Origin: Fimbriosthenelais zetlandica
Taxonomy: Eukaryota
Reading direction: 5' to 3'
Assembly: GCA_977030845.1 (NCBI GenBank)
Contig: OZ365115.1
Span: 31,124,001-31,188,000, forward strand
Length of the DNA stretch: 64,000 bases
Both the position numbers and the translations under genes were made by a program. Below the pieces are notes generated by a model. That model saw only the letters and a list, made by a program, of their open reading frames with translations. It ran no database searches and was not told the origin of the DNA. This document shows positions 1 through 11,261 of the stretch, in pieces. Positions within the stretch are counted from its first letter, which is position 1; every line of letters begins with the position of its first letter.

Positions 1-238
1 TTTCAATTGTTTTTAGATAGCAGTGGTAAATATTTTCCATTTTGTTTCCGTTAACAGTTATCTCGTCCCCTCATGTTTGAAATATACATTGGTCAGGGTT
101 CAAATTAAAGAGATTTTACAAGCACGTAATGGGCAAGAGTTATCATATTATGATGTGCACATTGTGTTATTTTTTTCAGTGAAATGGTTTTTTAAGGTGA
201 CCTTGTTGAACTTCCTTATACAAAAATCTCCTTTGTAA

Positions 239-244
239 TTTATT
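239..244 (-). other. Candidate polyadenylation signal AATAAA about 1 kb after the stop codon
   Basis: The hexamer is present on the minus strand, but in AT-rich DNA it could be chance. Confidence 0.25.
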
Positions 245-1264
245 AATAGTAAGCGAAGTCCAACCAACGGGGGAGACGTATATTTCTGTAGACTCTACAC
301 GTGTATAGTTACCACAGTTTTACCAGAACACTTGTTTCATATCAAATTACAGGCCCCAAAACTGACATATATCTGACATCTGTTTGACCCACTGATTGAC
401 CTTCTAACACAGCTAATATACAGTGATCATGAATGACAAAAAAACCAGTCAGCCCTTTTTGATATAATGCTAGAGCCTAAATGAAGAGATGTTTTCATGG
501 CAATAGCAATAGAGTCCCTTGACTGTACATTTAGCCATCAGTACATAATGCAATTATCAGTTCTCGCAGCTCAAAAACTACAAACGTTTGACGAAGGGAT
601 GATACAAAAGGAAATGATAAAGGGTTGGTTAACATACTAATTAGTCATTTAATTACATAATGTGTACCTCTGTACATTTTAAGACCCTTACATTTTTGTA
701 GTGCTTCGTGGCAGAGAATATACTGACACTCCGAAGCAGGCCTAGTGCAAACAACAGCAATTGTACAAATATTTAGGAAAATGGCGAGGAAAATTAACAA
801 TATGATGAGCATGGGTAACAGTATTAATTGTGTTAAATATTTGTTCATCTTGTGTGAGACAAGTACAGAGAAAACAATCCCTCTCTATGGGGAGAGCGAG
901 GTGCAGGAAGAGCCTGGTACAAGAAGCTGCAGATAACCAAACAGATAACTTGTACTGGAAGTTAATACTGGTCGCCTTCCGAATAACTGCTCTTATTTGA
1001 ATCACAGATGATGTAGTATACTCATTAACCGGAGAAACAAGAACATGAACACTCCGTGAAAGCATTATTGTGCTTGTATTCCTCATGTTTCTACTTAGTT
1101 AAAAATCTGCATGAAACAAGAATAAAAGGAATATGCAGAATGATACTCTCAATGCTACCTTACATAGACATTAACATAATCATTGCCTTCTTCACCGGTG
1201 GCCTATTAATTAATGCTCTTCTATTATACATTTAAATGTCCAAATTTCTTGGATGTCTACTTTC

Positions 1265-1930
1265 TCAAACTGCTTGCATTGATTGGAATTTGGCCAACAA
1301 ATTACGTGTGATTCCTTGTTCTGGAAGGTCTTCGCTTTCATCTTTATCTGTTTCCCGGACCACGTCTTCCCTATAGATTGGTATGTTCTCATACTCTCCA
1401 CCATCTTCATAATGCTCTTCTGGTGATGTGTGCTCAAAATCATCAGTGCCGTCTGGTTGTTCACGTTCCTCTGATGTTTGAGAGATCAGCCTTATAGGTT
1501 GGGCACTGATGGAATTTCTCACCAACTTCTGTTGTTGTAAGACTCTCTCTGGGGTAGGTACTGGAGCTTCGACATCCTCCATAGATTTAAACTGAGAGAG
1601 TAAGCGTCTCGTGGTGTCAGGTGCTGGCAGGTCCTCCTCGGCTGTAGTGTCTGAGCGGATAACGCCTCGTTGAATCTTCCTCCTCCTCTTCTCCTCTCTC
1701 CTGCGCACATTATCAGGATGGTGTGGATGGTTGATTGGATATAAAGGATTCCCATGCTCATCACATTCTAATTCTATATCATCTACATACTCTTCATGGT
1801 CGTCTTCACTGTCGGAGGAAAAGACTTCACCATTTTCCTCATGTCCATTCATCGCCTCCGGGGTAAGTTGCTCCCGGCTAGGAACACCGCCCCATAAAGG
1901 TTTGGCCTCTCTCACTTCCCACTTAAATTG
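1265..1930 (-). CDS. Terminal coding exon with two more repeat copies, ending ...ITRNLLAKFQSMQAV*
   Basis: Acceptor ttctgttttacttctgtcAG, phase 0 matching the 5461 donor. TGA at 1267-1265. Confidence 0.92.
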   Translation of the reverse strand, partial: QFKWEVREAKPLWGGVPSREQLTPEAMNGHEENGEVFSSDSEDDHEEYVDDIELECDEHGNPLYPINHPHHPDNVRRREEKRRRKIQRGVIRSDTTAEEDLPAPDTTRRLLSQFKSMEDVEAPVPTPERVLQQQKLVRNSISAQPIRLISQTSEEREQPDGTDDFEHTSPEEHYEDGGEYENIPIYREDVVRETDKDESEDLPEQGITRNLLAKFQSMQAV

Positions 1931-4900
1931 CTGACAGAAGTAAAACAGAAGCAAAATCAGAACTACTCAACTCAAAATCCTACTAAAAAAGAAGAGGAAA
2001 GGAGGTCGTAGAAAAAAGCGCAGTTGGTTTGGGAAAGTAAAAGCCAAATCCTGTCACCGCTTGCAAATAATATGTATAAAGGTAGATGGAAACAAGGATT
2101 TGGGTGATTGTACGTCTCCCATTAAGAAGCGAAATTAATCAGAAAGCTGAGAGAAAAGAAAGAGAATGGTTAGAATTGTCGAACTCCCTTAACCGTCCAT
2201 TTGAATTCCTGAAAGCAACAGCAAATAGAGAAATATAAGTCTGTAAAATGGGAAAGAGGGACAAAAGACTGTACAAGATGGAAATATTTGTAAGGTAATT
2301 AGCTTAGAGATCTACTTTTATCCAAATGGTATTAAAAGTTACTTGAAGAAATTAAAAAGTTCACCAAGTATAATTATATAATGCAAATTAATAAATTCTA
2401 CGTTGCTCGAGTGGGAACTTTAATTATTACTTATTGAAAATAAAATTATAGATCATTAAAGAAATCTACTCGTGTAAGATAATAAATTCATACTATTATC
2501 AACTTCAATATTAGTATTATAGGTATATGTTGCAGCCTGACCCAAAGGCACTGATGGCAAGAATGTTATTAGCTATTTTTGGTGCACAAAAATCCCAAAA
2601 TACATAAATATTATTAACATTTTTTGACATCTTAGCAATCTTTAAGAAAGGTAAATTCTGGGCATATCAATTCAAGATGCATTATATGAAAATATATTCT
2701 TGTGTTACCCTTTTCAATCAAAGGTACTTGGATATGGTAATTCAAATCATCAGTCGTGATTAATAGCAAGTACATGCACTAGTGATTAAAATACGTGAAT
2801 CATCGATAGATATAATTTAATCAAATCTGGTCAAATGAGCTTGGAATAATTTTAACGTTCTTAATCTAATATTAAAATATATCTTTAATAATATAACATT
2901 GATGTAATCTGCAAAGCTCTTAATATTTATAAGATAACTTACATTTTGATAATCAAATAAAATACTGAGAATTCGGAAATGGCTCCATAAAAAGGAAACA
3001 TGAAAGGTGAAGTGCTACATCACCCCATCTTATCATAAAATATTCTCCAAATTAATTCAAAATTGATTCACTGATTAGCATTGATAAATGTGGCTATTTT
3101 ATCTCCTTAGATAGGGTCTGGCTATATATACAATGTACTTAGCTTCATTGGGATCGTTAGCATGACTGTAATTCTTACCAAGTACCTTTAGACGAGAGGA
3201 TTATCTCACCCTAATGGTGTGAGAGACCACACCAGTCTTAACTTAGCATTTGAAAGGTATGACACCAATGCTTAATAATGCATCAACCCCCACTTAATCA
3301 AGAGCACTGTCAGTGATAGTCCCTGGCATGCCATTAATAGCAAAAACAATCACTCATCAGTTATAATTTGTCAAACCTAGCGTAGGAAAAAGGTGCAAGT
3401 GCACATCTAGGTATCAAGTCTTACCACATCTTGTGAGGAGGCATGCTACAACACATTTACAGGGTTTCAATTACTGAGGGCATTGTTAGAGACAATATCC
3501 AAAAGAAAGGCAAGCATGTATACATATGATAAAAAGTGCCATCAATGTCAAAGTCAAGCTGCAACAAAACTTAGCTACTGATAGAGATATATATATATAA
3601 AATGGACATGGCTCGCTCAGGAATGTTTTATATATAGTTGGAGACTGGCACATCTACCAAAATCCTAAGCTATAAACATAGGATCCCCAAATCTTGAGAA
3701 CTTTCACTTTGTCCAAGAGCACATATTGTGTATCTGTGTGTTGGACAGAGGAGCAGGACAAGGACAGAACATGGACTAGTACAAAGAGTTAATTGTTTTT
3801 TGTTTGTTGTTAGACTACATGTAAAGCTAATGAGCATTGTGGTGCAACGGGAACCTTATTTCAATGCAGTGTTTTGGAAATGAGCTATTGACTGGTCCGA
3901 ATTGTATGAATGCATTATATTTACTCAACATAATTGGGATCGGTGTATGTATGCGAAGGTTTGTTTTTATTAATTTGCGATAAATTTCATATATGTTCTT
4001 TTGAATCACAAATATGAATACCCCACTAAGGCATCCCATTTGCTTTGTTGTGTTGCCCCAAGTTATTTTCTTAGAATAGAAATAATATAATACATCATTA
4101 CTGGTACCAATAAAGTGCCCTTATAATTAATAGGTTAAGGTAAATTCACATGTTGGGGAATGAATTATCTTGGTTCCAGTGGAGCGTATGTATTATACTA
4201 GAGCAGCATACACGACATACATGGTGATGAACATCCCAATGGGAAATATAGCTATTTCACAAAGAGAATCACCAGCACAAAACACTGGAGAACAAAGATG
4301 GTGAACTTAGAAGAACCCTTGAACATCCCACATAAATCCAAATATCCAAACTTAATAGTTAATATTGAGTTTCTTCTAAAATGGGTCAGTTTTCAGTTGT
4401 ACAACGGAACCGGAAATGCAGAAACGAGAACATAATTTGCAATATATTGGGCAGAGATTGAAAGGGCCTAACACAAATTTTAATTCTTCGGAGGAAAAGA
4501 TAGACAGTAGTTCTTTCTTAATGCATCTTCTGGAGCCATTTTTGTTGTGATTATTAAGCCCAACTGATCAGCTGAACATCTAAAGCAAACCATGCCACTA
4601 TTAGCATGTACACTCGATGTACATGTGTTAGTATAATGCTTCCATCTATATTAATACACCTAGCATAGAAAAGAAACAATATAGCCTAAAACGTTGTCCA
4701 AAGTTAGCATATTTTGAACTCAAATTGGAAAATGGATCTTTTCCGTGTGCTCTTGTGGTATGAGATCTTCAAGGATTTTATTTTTACGTACTGCAATGCT
4801 AGCTGAAAGCGTCTTCCTTTCTGTTCTTTCATTCTGTTAAAAGTACTTCCCCCTGAGTACAAAAAATGTCAATCCCCTGTCATAATCGATTTTTGAACAT

Positions 4901-5460
4901 AATTCTCGAACAAAAAGTCCCACCCTGCTGAAGGAAAATTGTTTAATTATATAGAGAGAAAAATATCCAAAAAGCAGCAAAATATGGCTGGTTAGGAATT
5001 GTGGACTTGGAAGATTAATCTTAGAACAAAATAAATGTTCCACAAGAAAGAAAATTTCCTCTTCCTAATTCAACAAGGTGAGAAGTATTCCAATAAATTT
5101 AAAACAGTGAACCAATGTGCCATTGATATACGAAGCTAAAGCTGTACAAATTTACAGTACACATCTGTGTATTAGAATAATTTGGCACAAACATTGGTTA
5201 TTTTACAGTTAAGACAAAATTCGCAGTGATGATTGGGTAGTATCAATATATTTGTCGTTCTTCCAAATAAAGCAAATCTGACCAAAATGCTGCACATGTT
5301 TCCATCAACATACATACACCACATGGTAAACAGCATTCTCTGGTAATGAATCATTATTGTTTTATATATTCGGGGAAAATCTGTCCAATAATTTGATACA
5401 ATATGCAAGTAAAGTCTTCACATTGGGGAGTCAGTCTGTGAAGCCTGGGAGCTAACCTAC

Positions 5461-6313
5461 CTTTTTGTTGGAAGAAGAGCCTTGGTTACTGGCAGTCTCA
5501 TCTTGGAGGGTCTGGAATTTAGCGAGCATGTTTTTAGTGTAAGATGGGGGTGGGAGGAACTCCTCTTCATTGGTATCCGTCTCTCTCACCACATCGCGGT
5601 CACCATCCTGAGAGTTGGAAGGTGAAGCATGTCGGTAGGGTCCAGCACTTCTACCTGGGGTCGTCTGACGAGGGGCAAGTGACTTAGCCGACTCAGCTGG
5701 AGCGGTTTGCTCTATTTGTCTCCACTGTGCTAACAAGGACTTGGTAAAGCCTCTCTCGGGTAATTCTTCAGTTTCGGTCTTGTCGGCTTCACGCAGGACC
5801 TCTGGTCGGTGACCATTTGTGGAGGGCTCGGTGTCTGCTATACCTTCATCAGGGGAAGCACGGATGTTAGTATGCGAAGCAAATTGTTGGTGAGAAAGAA
5901 CTGTACGTTTGGTGGGACTGACGGCTGATGAACGAGCAGGACTTGGCGGAGGGTTGGTGGTATCTTCCATCTCCTTGAACTTGGCTAACATGTTCCTTGT
6001 GAATGAGGGTGGGGGGCGCTCATCTTCCTTCTCAGCGGATTCGTCAGACCTGATGATGTTGGGGTCTCTGTCCAGGCTCTCCCGTGCGTAGGTCACATCC
6101 CGGGCCAGTTCTTCCCTTGGCGGTGTGATCTTACGGACTGGCTTTCTCTCGCTGGGGCTATCCGATTCCATGTCTCTGAACTTAGAGGCCAGGTTACGGG
6201 TGAGGTTTGCTGGTGGCAGCTCCCTCTCCAGTATTTCCTCTTGGCTCTCGGACCGGTTGACCACCTCAGGTGGTGTGTGGTCACCATTCACGTGGCCATT
6301 GGTCGGAGTTGTG
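5461..6313 (-). CDS. Internal exon carrying four copies of the ~32-aa repeat
   Basis: Lies within the 306-aa ORF. Acceptor ttttgattaacAG, donor AAG|GTAGGT, 853 nt, phase 2 to 0. Confidence 0.92.
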
Positions 6314-6741
6314 CTGTTAATCAAAAGTTCATTAATGTTATAGAAAAAACGGTTTTTATTTTTACTCACCAAACCGAAACCTCTCTGAGCCTGATTTTTA
6401 GGATAAATTTGCGCTTATAATTAAGAGATACAGACAACAGGCGTGTGATAGGCAAGTGCAATGATTAAGTGACTGTTACAGTGTATGTTTATATCAAATA
6501 GATCATGCTTAGATTTTTTTGTCAAAAGATGAGGTTATAATGATAAAGGGATTAATATTGCAAACCCAAGGTAAGGGCAAACTTTGGAAAAGCAAAGTAT
6601 ACAGATTTCATAGGCTAATTTACCCGTGTAGAGATTAAAGTGCATGCTCTTACGTAATGATAATAGATTTTTCTGAGGTTCCTACTCTTAATATACTGGG
6701 CGTACTCAACAAATCAGGGGAAATGTTAATGTTCGTATTAC

Positions 6742-6859
6742 CTCTTCGTAAAGGAACGATCGCCAGGCATTGGTGGTCGCTCATCATGGCTTTGGAATCG
6801 AGTTTTGATGTTGCTAATGCTCTGCACTGACTCAATGCCATCCTCAACCTTATCATCAG
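6742..6859 (-). CDS. Internal exon (x-DDKVEDGIESVQSISNIKTRFQSHDERPPMPGDRSFTK-S)
   Basis: Acceptor tttcctgtctttgcAG, donor GAG|GTAATA, 118 nt, phase 1 to 2, in frame with exon 6313-5461. The ORF track shows this region in the wrong frame. Confidence 0.9.
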
Positions 6860-7334
6860 CTGCAAAGACAGGAAATTGAATACATTTAGTCACAAAGTTA
6901 GAAAAAATCAGATACTAGAAACTATATGACAATCCAACTAGATGGCCATATATGGGGAGAGTGTTAAAGTATGCAATGTGGGATGAATTGACTCTGAACT
7001 GTGGCCTAATCCTCTTATGTTCTGTTAATCCTATTACTCTATCGATATACCGCAGACAATCCGGCCTGAACCCCAACAGATACACAGTCCCGAGTCATCC
7101 AAGGTGAAACATAACATACCCATTGTCTCACAAAAGTTAATCTCAATAAAAGACAACAGGGTCGCCACCTTTACTACAAAATAACTACCATGTTATGAGA
7201 ATCATTTTACCTTGAAAAACATAATGTTCATTCCAGATTCACAAACTAGTCAAAATGGATTAACACAAATAGACAGAAAGTACATGTCCTTTAGGTGTTC
7301 AATTGAGTCCTCTTGGACTGGAACTAATCCTTAC

Positions 7335-7997
7335 TTGTATCATAGGCAATGTTACCATATGCCTGGCCTTGATGTCTATAGTATCTATAGCCTCTTGGTT
7401 GCCGTGTCACTGTTCTGAACTGTCCATTGTACATAATAGTCTCAGACTCGACTTTGAAAGGTCTTGATATCACAGGCTGACTGGCCCCGTGAGATGGGGC
7501 CTCACATATCACTTTATTCTTATCACCAGGCACTAAACCCATACCATCTGTTTGTACACCGACCTCGGTCCTTTGTGCATTACATTTACAAAGGCAGGCA
7601 CAAATTTGAGTATTGCATCCGATCCCTAAAGGCAACCCTGAGTTCAGATCATGGCCATCTGAGCCAGTTAAACCCCAATAGCTGCCATTTTCATCATGGC
7701 TAATTTGTGATCTGCTCTCTTTTGAACTGCTCGGCGGGAGCTTCTCAGAGTTTCTGGATATTGCGAGCGACCCCAGCTCAATGGCCTGAGGTCTTTGAGG
7801 ATCGCCACATAAAAGCGATCCAATGGAGCAACTTGGTCTGCATCCCTCCTGCTCCAAGATGGAACTTGACCCGCGTGCTCCAGCCGGCCCCGTCTCTTGT
7901 TCATCATATGAAGTAGCTTCATCATTAAACCACGATTCTTCATCTTCATCAGTGGCTCCGAAAAGACTCCGGAACAAAGGCAATAGATGAAACATGG
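7335..7997 (-). CDS. 663-nt symmetric exon (MFHLLPLFRSLFG...AYDT); cassette exon or first coding exon of a short isoform (ATG at 7995)
   Basis: 223-aa ORF in the track. Acceptor gatattcAG lies 2 nt before the ATG and donor CAA|GTAAGG is at 7335/7334. Phase 1 to 1, in frame with exon 6859-6742. Confidence 0.75.
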
Positions 7998-9145
7998 CTG
8001 AATATCAGATATGGAGCTAAATCCCCCAAATGCTGTTTCAACGCAACAGGAGAATGGTTGTGAATGGCATATGTCAGGGTGTTGGTCAAGGACTGGTCAA
8101 TGAGACCACCATGGAAGCTGGTCAGAGATTAGACCATGATCCATGCTGCTTTAGCATGCAGCAATCAGCAGCTGATTAGATGGCCAGTCAGCACCACTGT
8201 TGATTTCATGATATATACCAAGGCCAGTAGACCAATACATGGTGATAAGCTGCTGCTCCACAGGTCATTGGTTTAAAACACAGAGATCTCATAATGCTTT
8301 AATTCACAGTTTAAGCACACAGTTTGAATTGAGTAAATTCATAAATGGATTCCATGGTCAAGAGACCATTCGTGAGACCGCACTGTTATCTTCAATCTCA
8401 ATTCAGATCTTAGAGATACCTTCCTTTGATGTCAAATTGACAGTCAATCTGTCAAATGTATCCTAGATCCTCAGATCAGATGATAATCTTCCAGCACAGG
8501 ATATGCTTCTCAATGCAGGGCAATTGCCTTCGATGATAATTTCTCGGAGAAGCCTTCCAAGAATAAATACAAAGAGTAAACCCTTCATATAGAGGTAGTA
8601 TGCTAGTCTTGGCCTTCCTCCAGCCACACTGTTGTTGACTATGCAGACAACATCCATCCCAGTTTACAATATGAGACCGGCCCAGCACCAACCCACGGTG
8701 ACAATACCTCACAGGCAATCACGATTCCCATCACGGCACCATCAAGACAAGGGTTAATGTCAGGATACCGCCATTTATATCATGGTATATGGATGTATCC
8801 ACGTATAATCCTTCCGACCGCGGCCGGAATCCATGGGTGCTGGCGTTGTTTCCACTGATATTGTCCATCTTTCCCCTTGTTTTACACACAGACGCCTCCA
8901 CCCACTCTTCTCTATTAAACATCCAGGGTCTCTGCTCATGCATTTACTCCAATGACTGATATTGATCAAGACCAACAGGGGAGAAGCAATAGTCCACAAG
9001 ACCAACATTGAGTTTGGACAGTCAACCTATAGGCTGGGTTAACAAGAGCATATCGCTGGACTTTTAGCTTTGGGCCGGTACCCGAGGAAACACAAGGGAC
9101 AAGGGGGAGTAGCTGGGTGCAAATGTAAACGTCTGACAAAAGGGG

Positions 9146-9275
9146 CCACGTCACCCCTTCCCATAGTTGCCATGGCAACAATGCCTATGAATGGAAGATG
9201 GCGGCTCTCCCGCTCTCCGGGAGGGTTGTGAGATGGAGTGGTGGGCAGATGTGTCCGTGTGTTTTTGCTGAGTCA
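9146..9275. promoter_or_regulatory. Candidate internal promoter/enhancer: TGACGTGG (ATF/CREB3-type), perfect RFX X-box, YY1 motif, AP-1 site
   Basis: CCACGTCA 9146-9153; GTTGCCATGGCAAC 9166-9179; AAGATGGCGGC 9195-9205; TGAGTCA ~9269-9275. The patch is locally GC/CpG-rich and ~1.2 kb upstream of exon 7997. Confidence 0.55.
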
Positions 9276-11246
9276 TGCTATAGGGCTTCGAGTTTCAGAC
9301 AGGCAGAAGAGGGAGCCTTTAGCTTGAAGTGATTCCCTGTCAAGGTCATACACAGAGTCCATCAGACTATTCCCAGGGTCAAATGCTTCCCATACACCAA
9401 GAGCAAAGTCAAGGATGCTTAGAAAAATAGATATTGGAAGCAATATAGGAAAATAAAAAGGGTCATAGTGGACTTGTACTCTATGAGGAGGTGATCAATG
9501 CGATGTGGTCAAAGATGAGGATCATAACTAAAAGATGCAATGCCATTATGCCAATGTTTCCACTCTTTTCGTTACTGGTCTTTAAGTGTGTAAAGGCTTC
9601 TTGCAAGTGTCAGTGGTCTAAATGAATATTTCAGTAGCCCACAGTAAACACCACCAGACCCCTTCCTTAATGTGTAACGTTACATCCCAAAAGGGTATTT
9701 CATAACTGTATCAACACTGATATAAAATACATGGCCTGAAGAAAAGAACCATTTCCATATGCTTCTATGGAGGTCCAACCTCTTATATTGCCCCAAGCAA
9801 GTATGCCATATTCCCTATGAAGAGTGTTAATAAATGGCAGGTTGCTAGCATGGAATTCATAATAAAAACCAATGATGACAGAGAATAGGCCCATTGTGGA
9901 ATGAAACAACAGTGCAACTTTAAACGCTGGCAAGCTTCCTAAAAACTCAATTGCAATTGGTGCCAATTCAGCACAATTGATTGGAAATTTGAACTAGCAA
10001 TACACTGTGCTCGGTGCCACCCCTCCGGTGCTATTAAAGCGAACCTGCCTATCAAAATTCTCCATCAATGAGTCAGAAAGAGATCCTTTCCCTGCCTAAA
10101 TATCCCCTCCCACCTGCTCCTCTAGAGCTCCCCATGCAACCCTGCCCCACCCAACCCATGCGCCCCATATCGCCTTGCGCCCAACCCCTCCCGCCTTCCC
10201 ACAATCCAGACAGCCCTAATTGAAGCACATTAACCCAAATCTGTCACAACAGCAAAAACTGTCGTCTGCTGCATTCATTACGTGATAAATTAGACATGTT
10301 TTTACCAAGCACTGTTGCACTTCTTCAAAAGCTGTTGCTTGGAAAGAACCAAGAAAAAATGGGTGGGGGAAAATTAAAGAGGTGCCAAAACCAAAGAGGC
10401 AGTCTGATTAAAACAACTACGACTGAAGAGGAAGAAACTTAATAAATGACATATTTTGTGCGACTGGTAATTGGAAAAGCTAATATGTGTAATTGAAAGT
10501 GCCACCTCTCAAAGCCAGTGGTGGTATAGGGCCCTGGGGAGAAGCTCATTCTCTCAGTGACTCTTTGTCAGGCTCAACGTATAAGGGCATTGTGTGCCTT
10601 TGTATTTGCTGTAATAATTGGCAGGGTAAGGCAGGGTAAGGCCCAGAGTCTTTGATACTATCTTAATTAGACTTCATAACAATGGAGCAACTGAGAGCGA
10701 CTGGGCTACTCTCAATGAGCAATTATGAGCAAAAGGCATTACATGCATACCAAAAACTATACTTTACATTACATACTCTTGAAAGAAATAATGTCAGGAA
10801 ACGCCTTTTTTTCTTCTTTTTTTTTAAGAAAAACGTCTTCTAATGATGTTTATTCGAATGTCATTTATTTATAGCTTGAATATTTTAATGAATAATTAAC
10901 TGATGGCTTGTGAAATCTGTCAGTCCATAGCAAATATCGTTATCAGAGACAATTGCCAGGTGTGAGCCTTGAAGGCAATGACTCAAGAAAAAAAAACAAA
11001 TGTGAAAAATTACTCAGAAGTGTTGGTGTGTCACAACTCATTGTGATCCAAACAATAGACATGCAGTCTGCTGGATTCAGTCTGGAATTTGAGTGAATGA
11101 CTTTTCAGGCATGTTCTATAATTCATCCTGAATGTCAAAGAAAAATGATGAGGAACAAAAACAATGACACTTTGATATTTAGAACTATGACTCATGACTT
11201 TGTGTCTGGTACAGTATAGGGTACGAGTCTGTAGTTCCCAAATATT

Positions 11247-11261
11247 CCACTAGATGGCAGC
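11247..11261 (+). promoter_or_regulatory. CTCF-like motif CCACTAGATGGCAGC
   Basis: Fits CCASYAGRKGGCRS with no mismatch. Confidence 0.45.

Noticed and set aside
6946-6955. Isolated CArG boxes (6946, 11509)
   Set aside because: About five CC(A/T)6GG matches are expected by chance at this base composition. Only the tandem pair and the clustered site were kept.
8731-8943. 70-aa minus ORF with a possible phase-1 donor at 8769, as a first exon for the 7997 exon
   Set aside because: The donor GCG|GTATCC is weak and the peptide has no recognisable motif.
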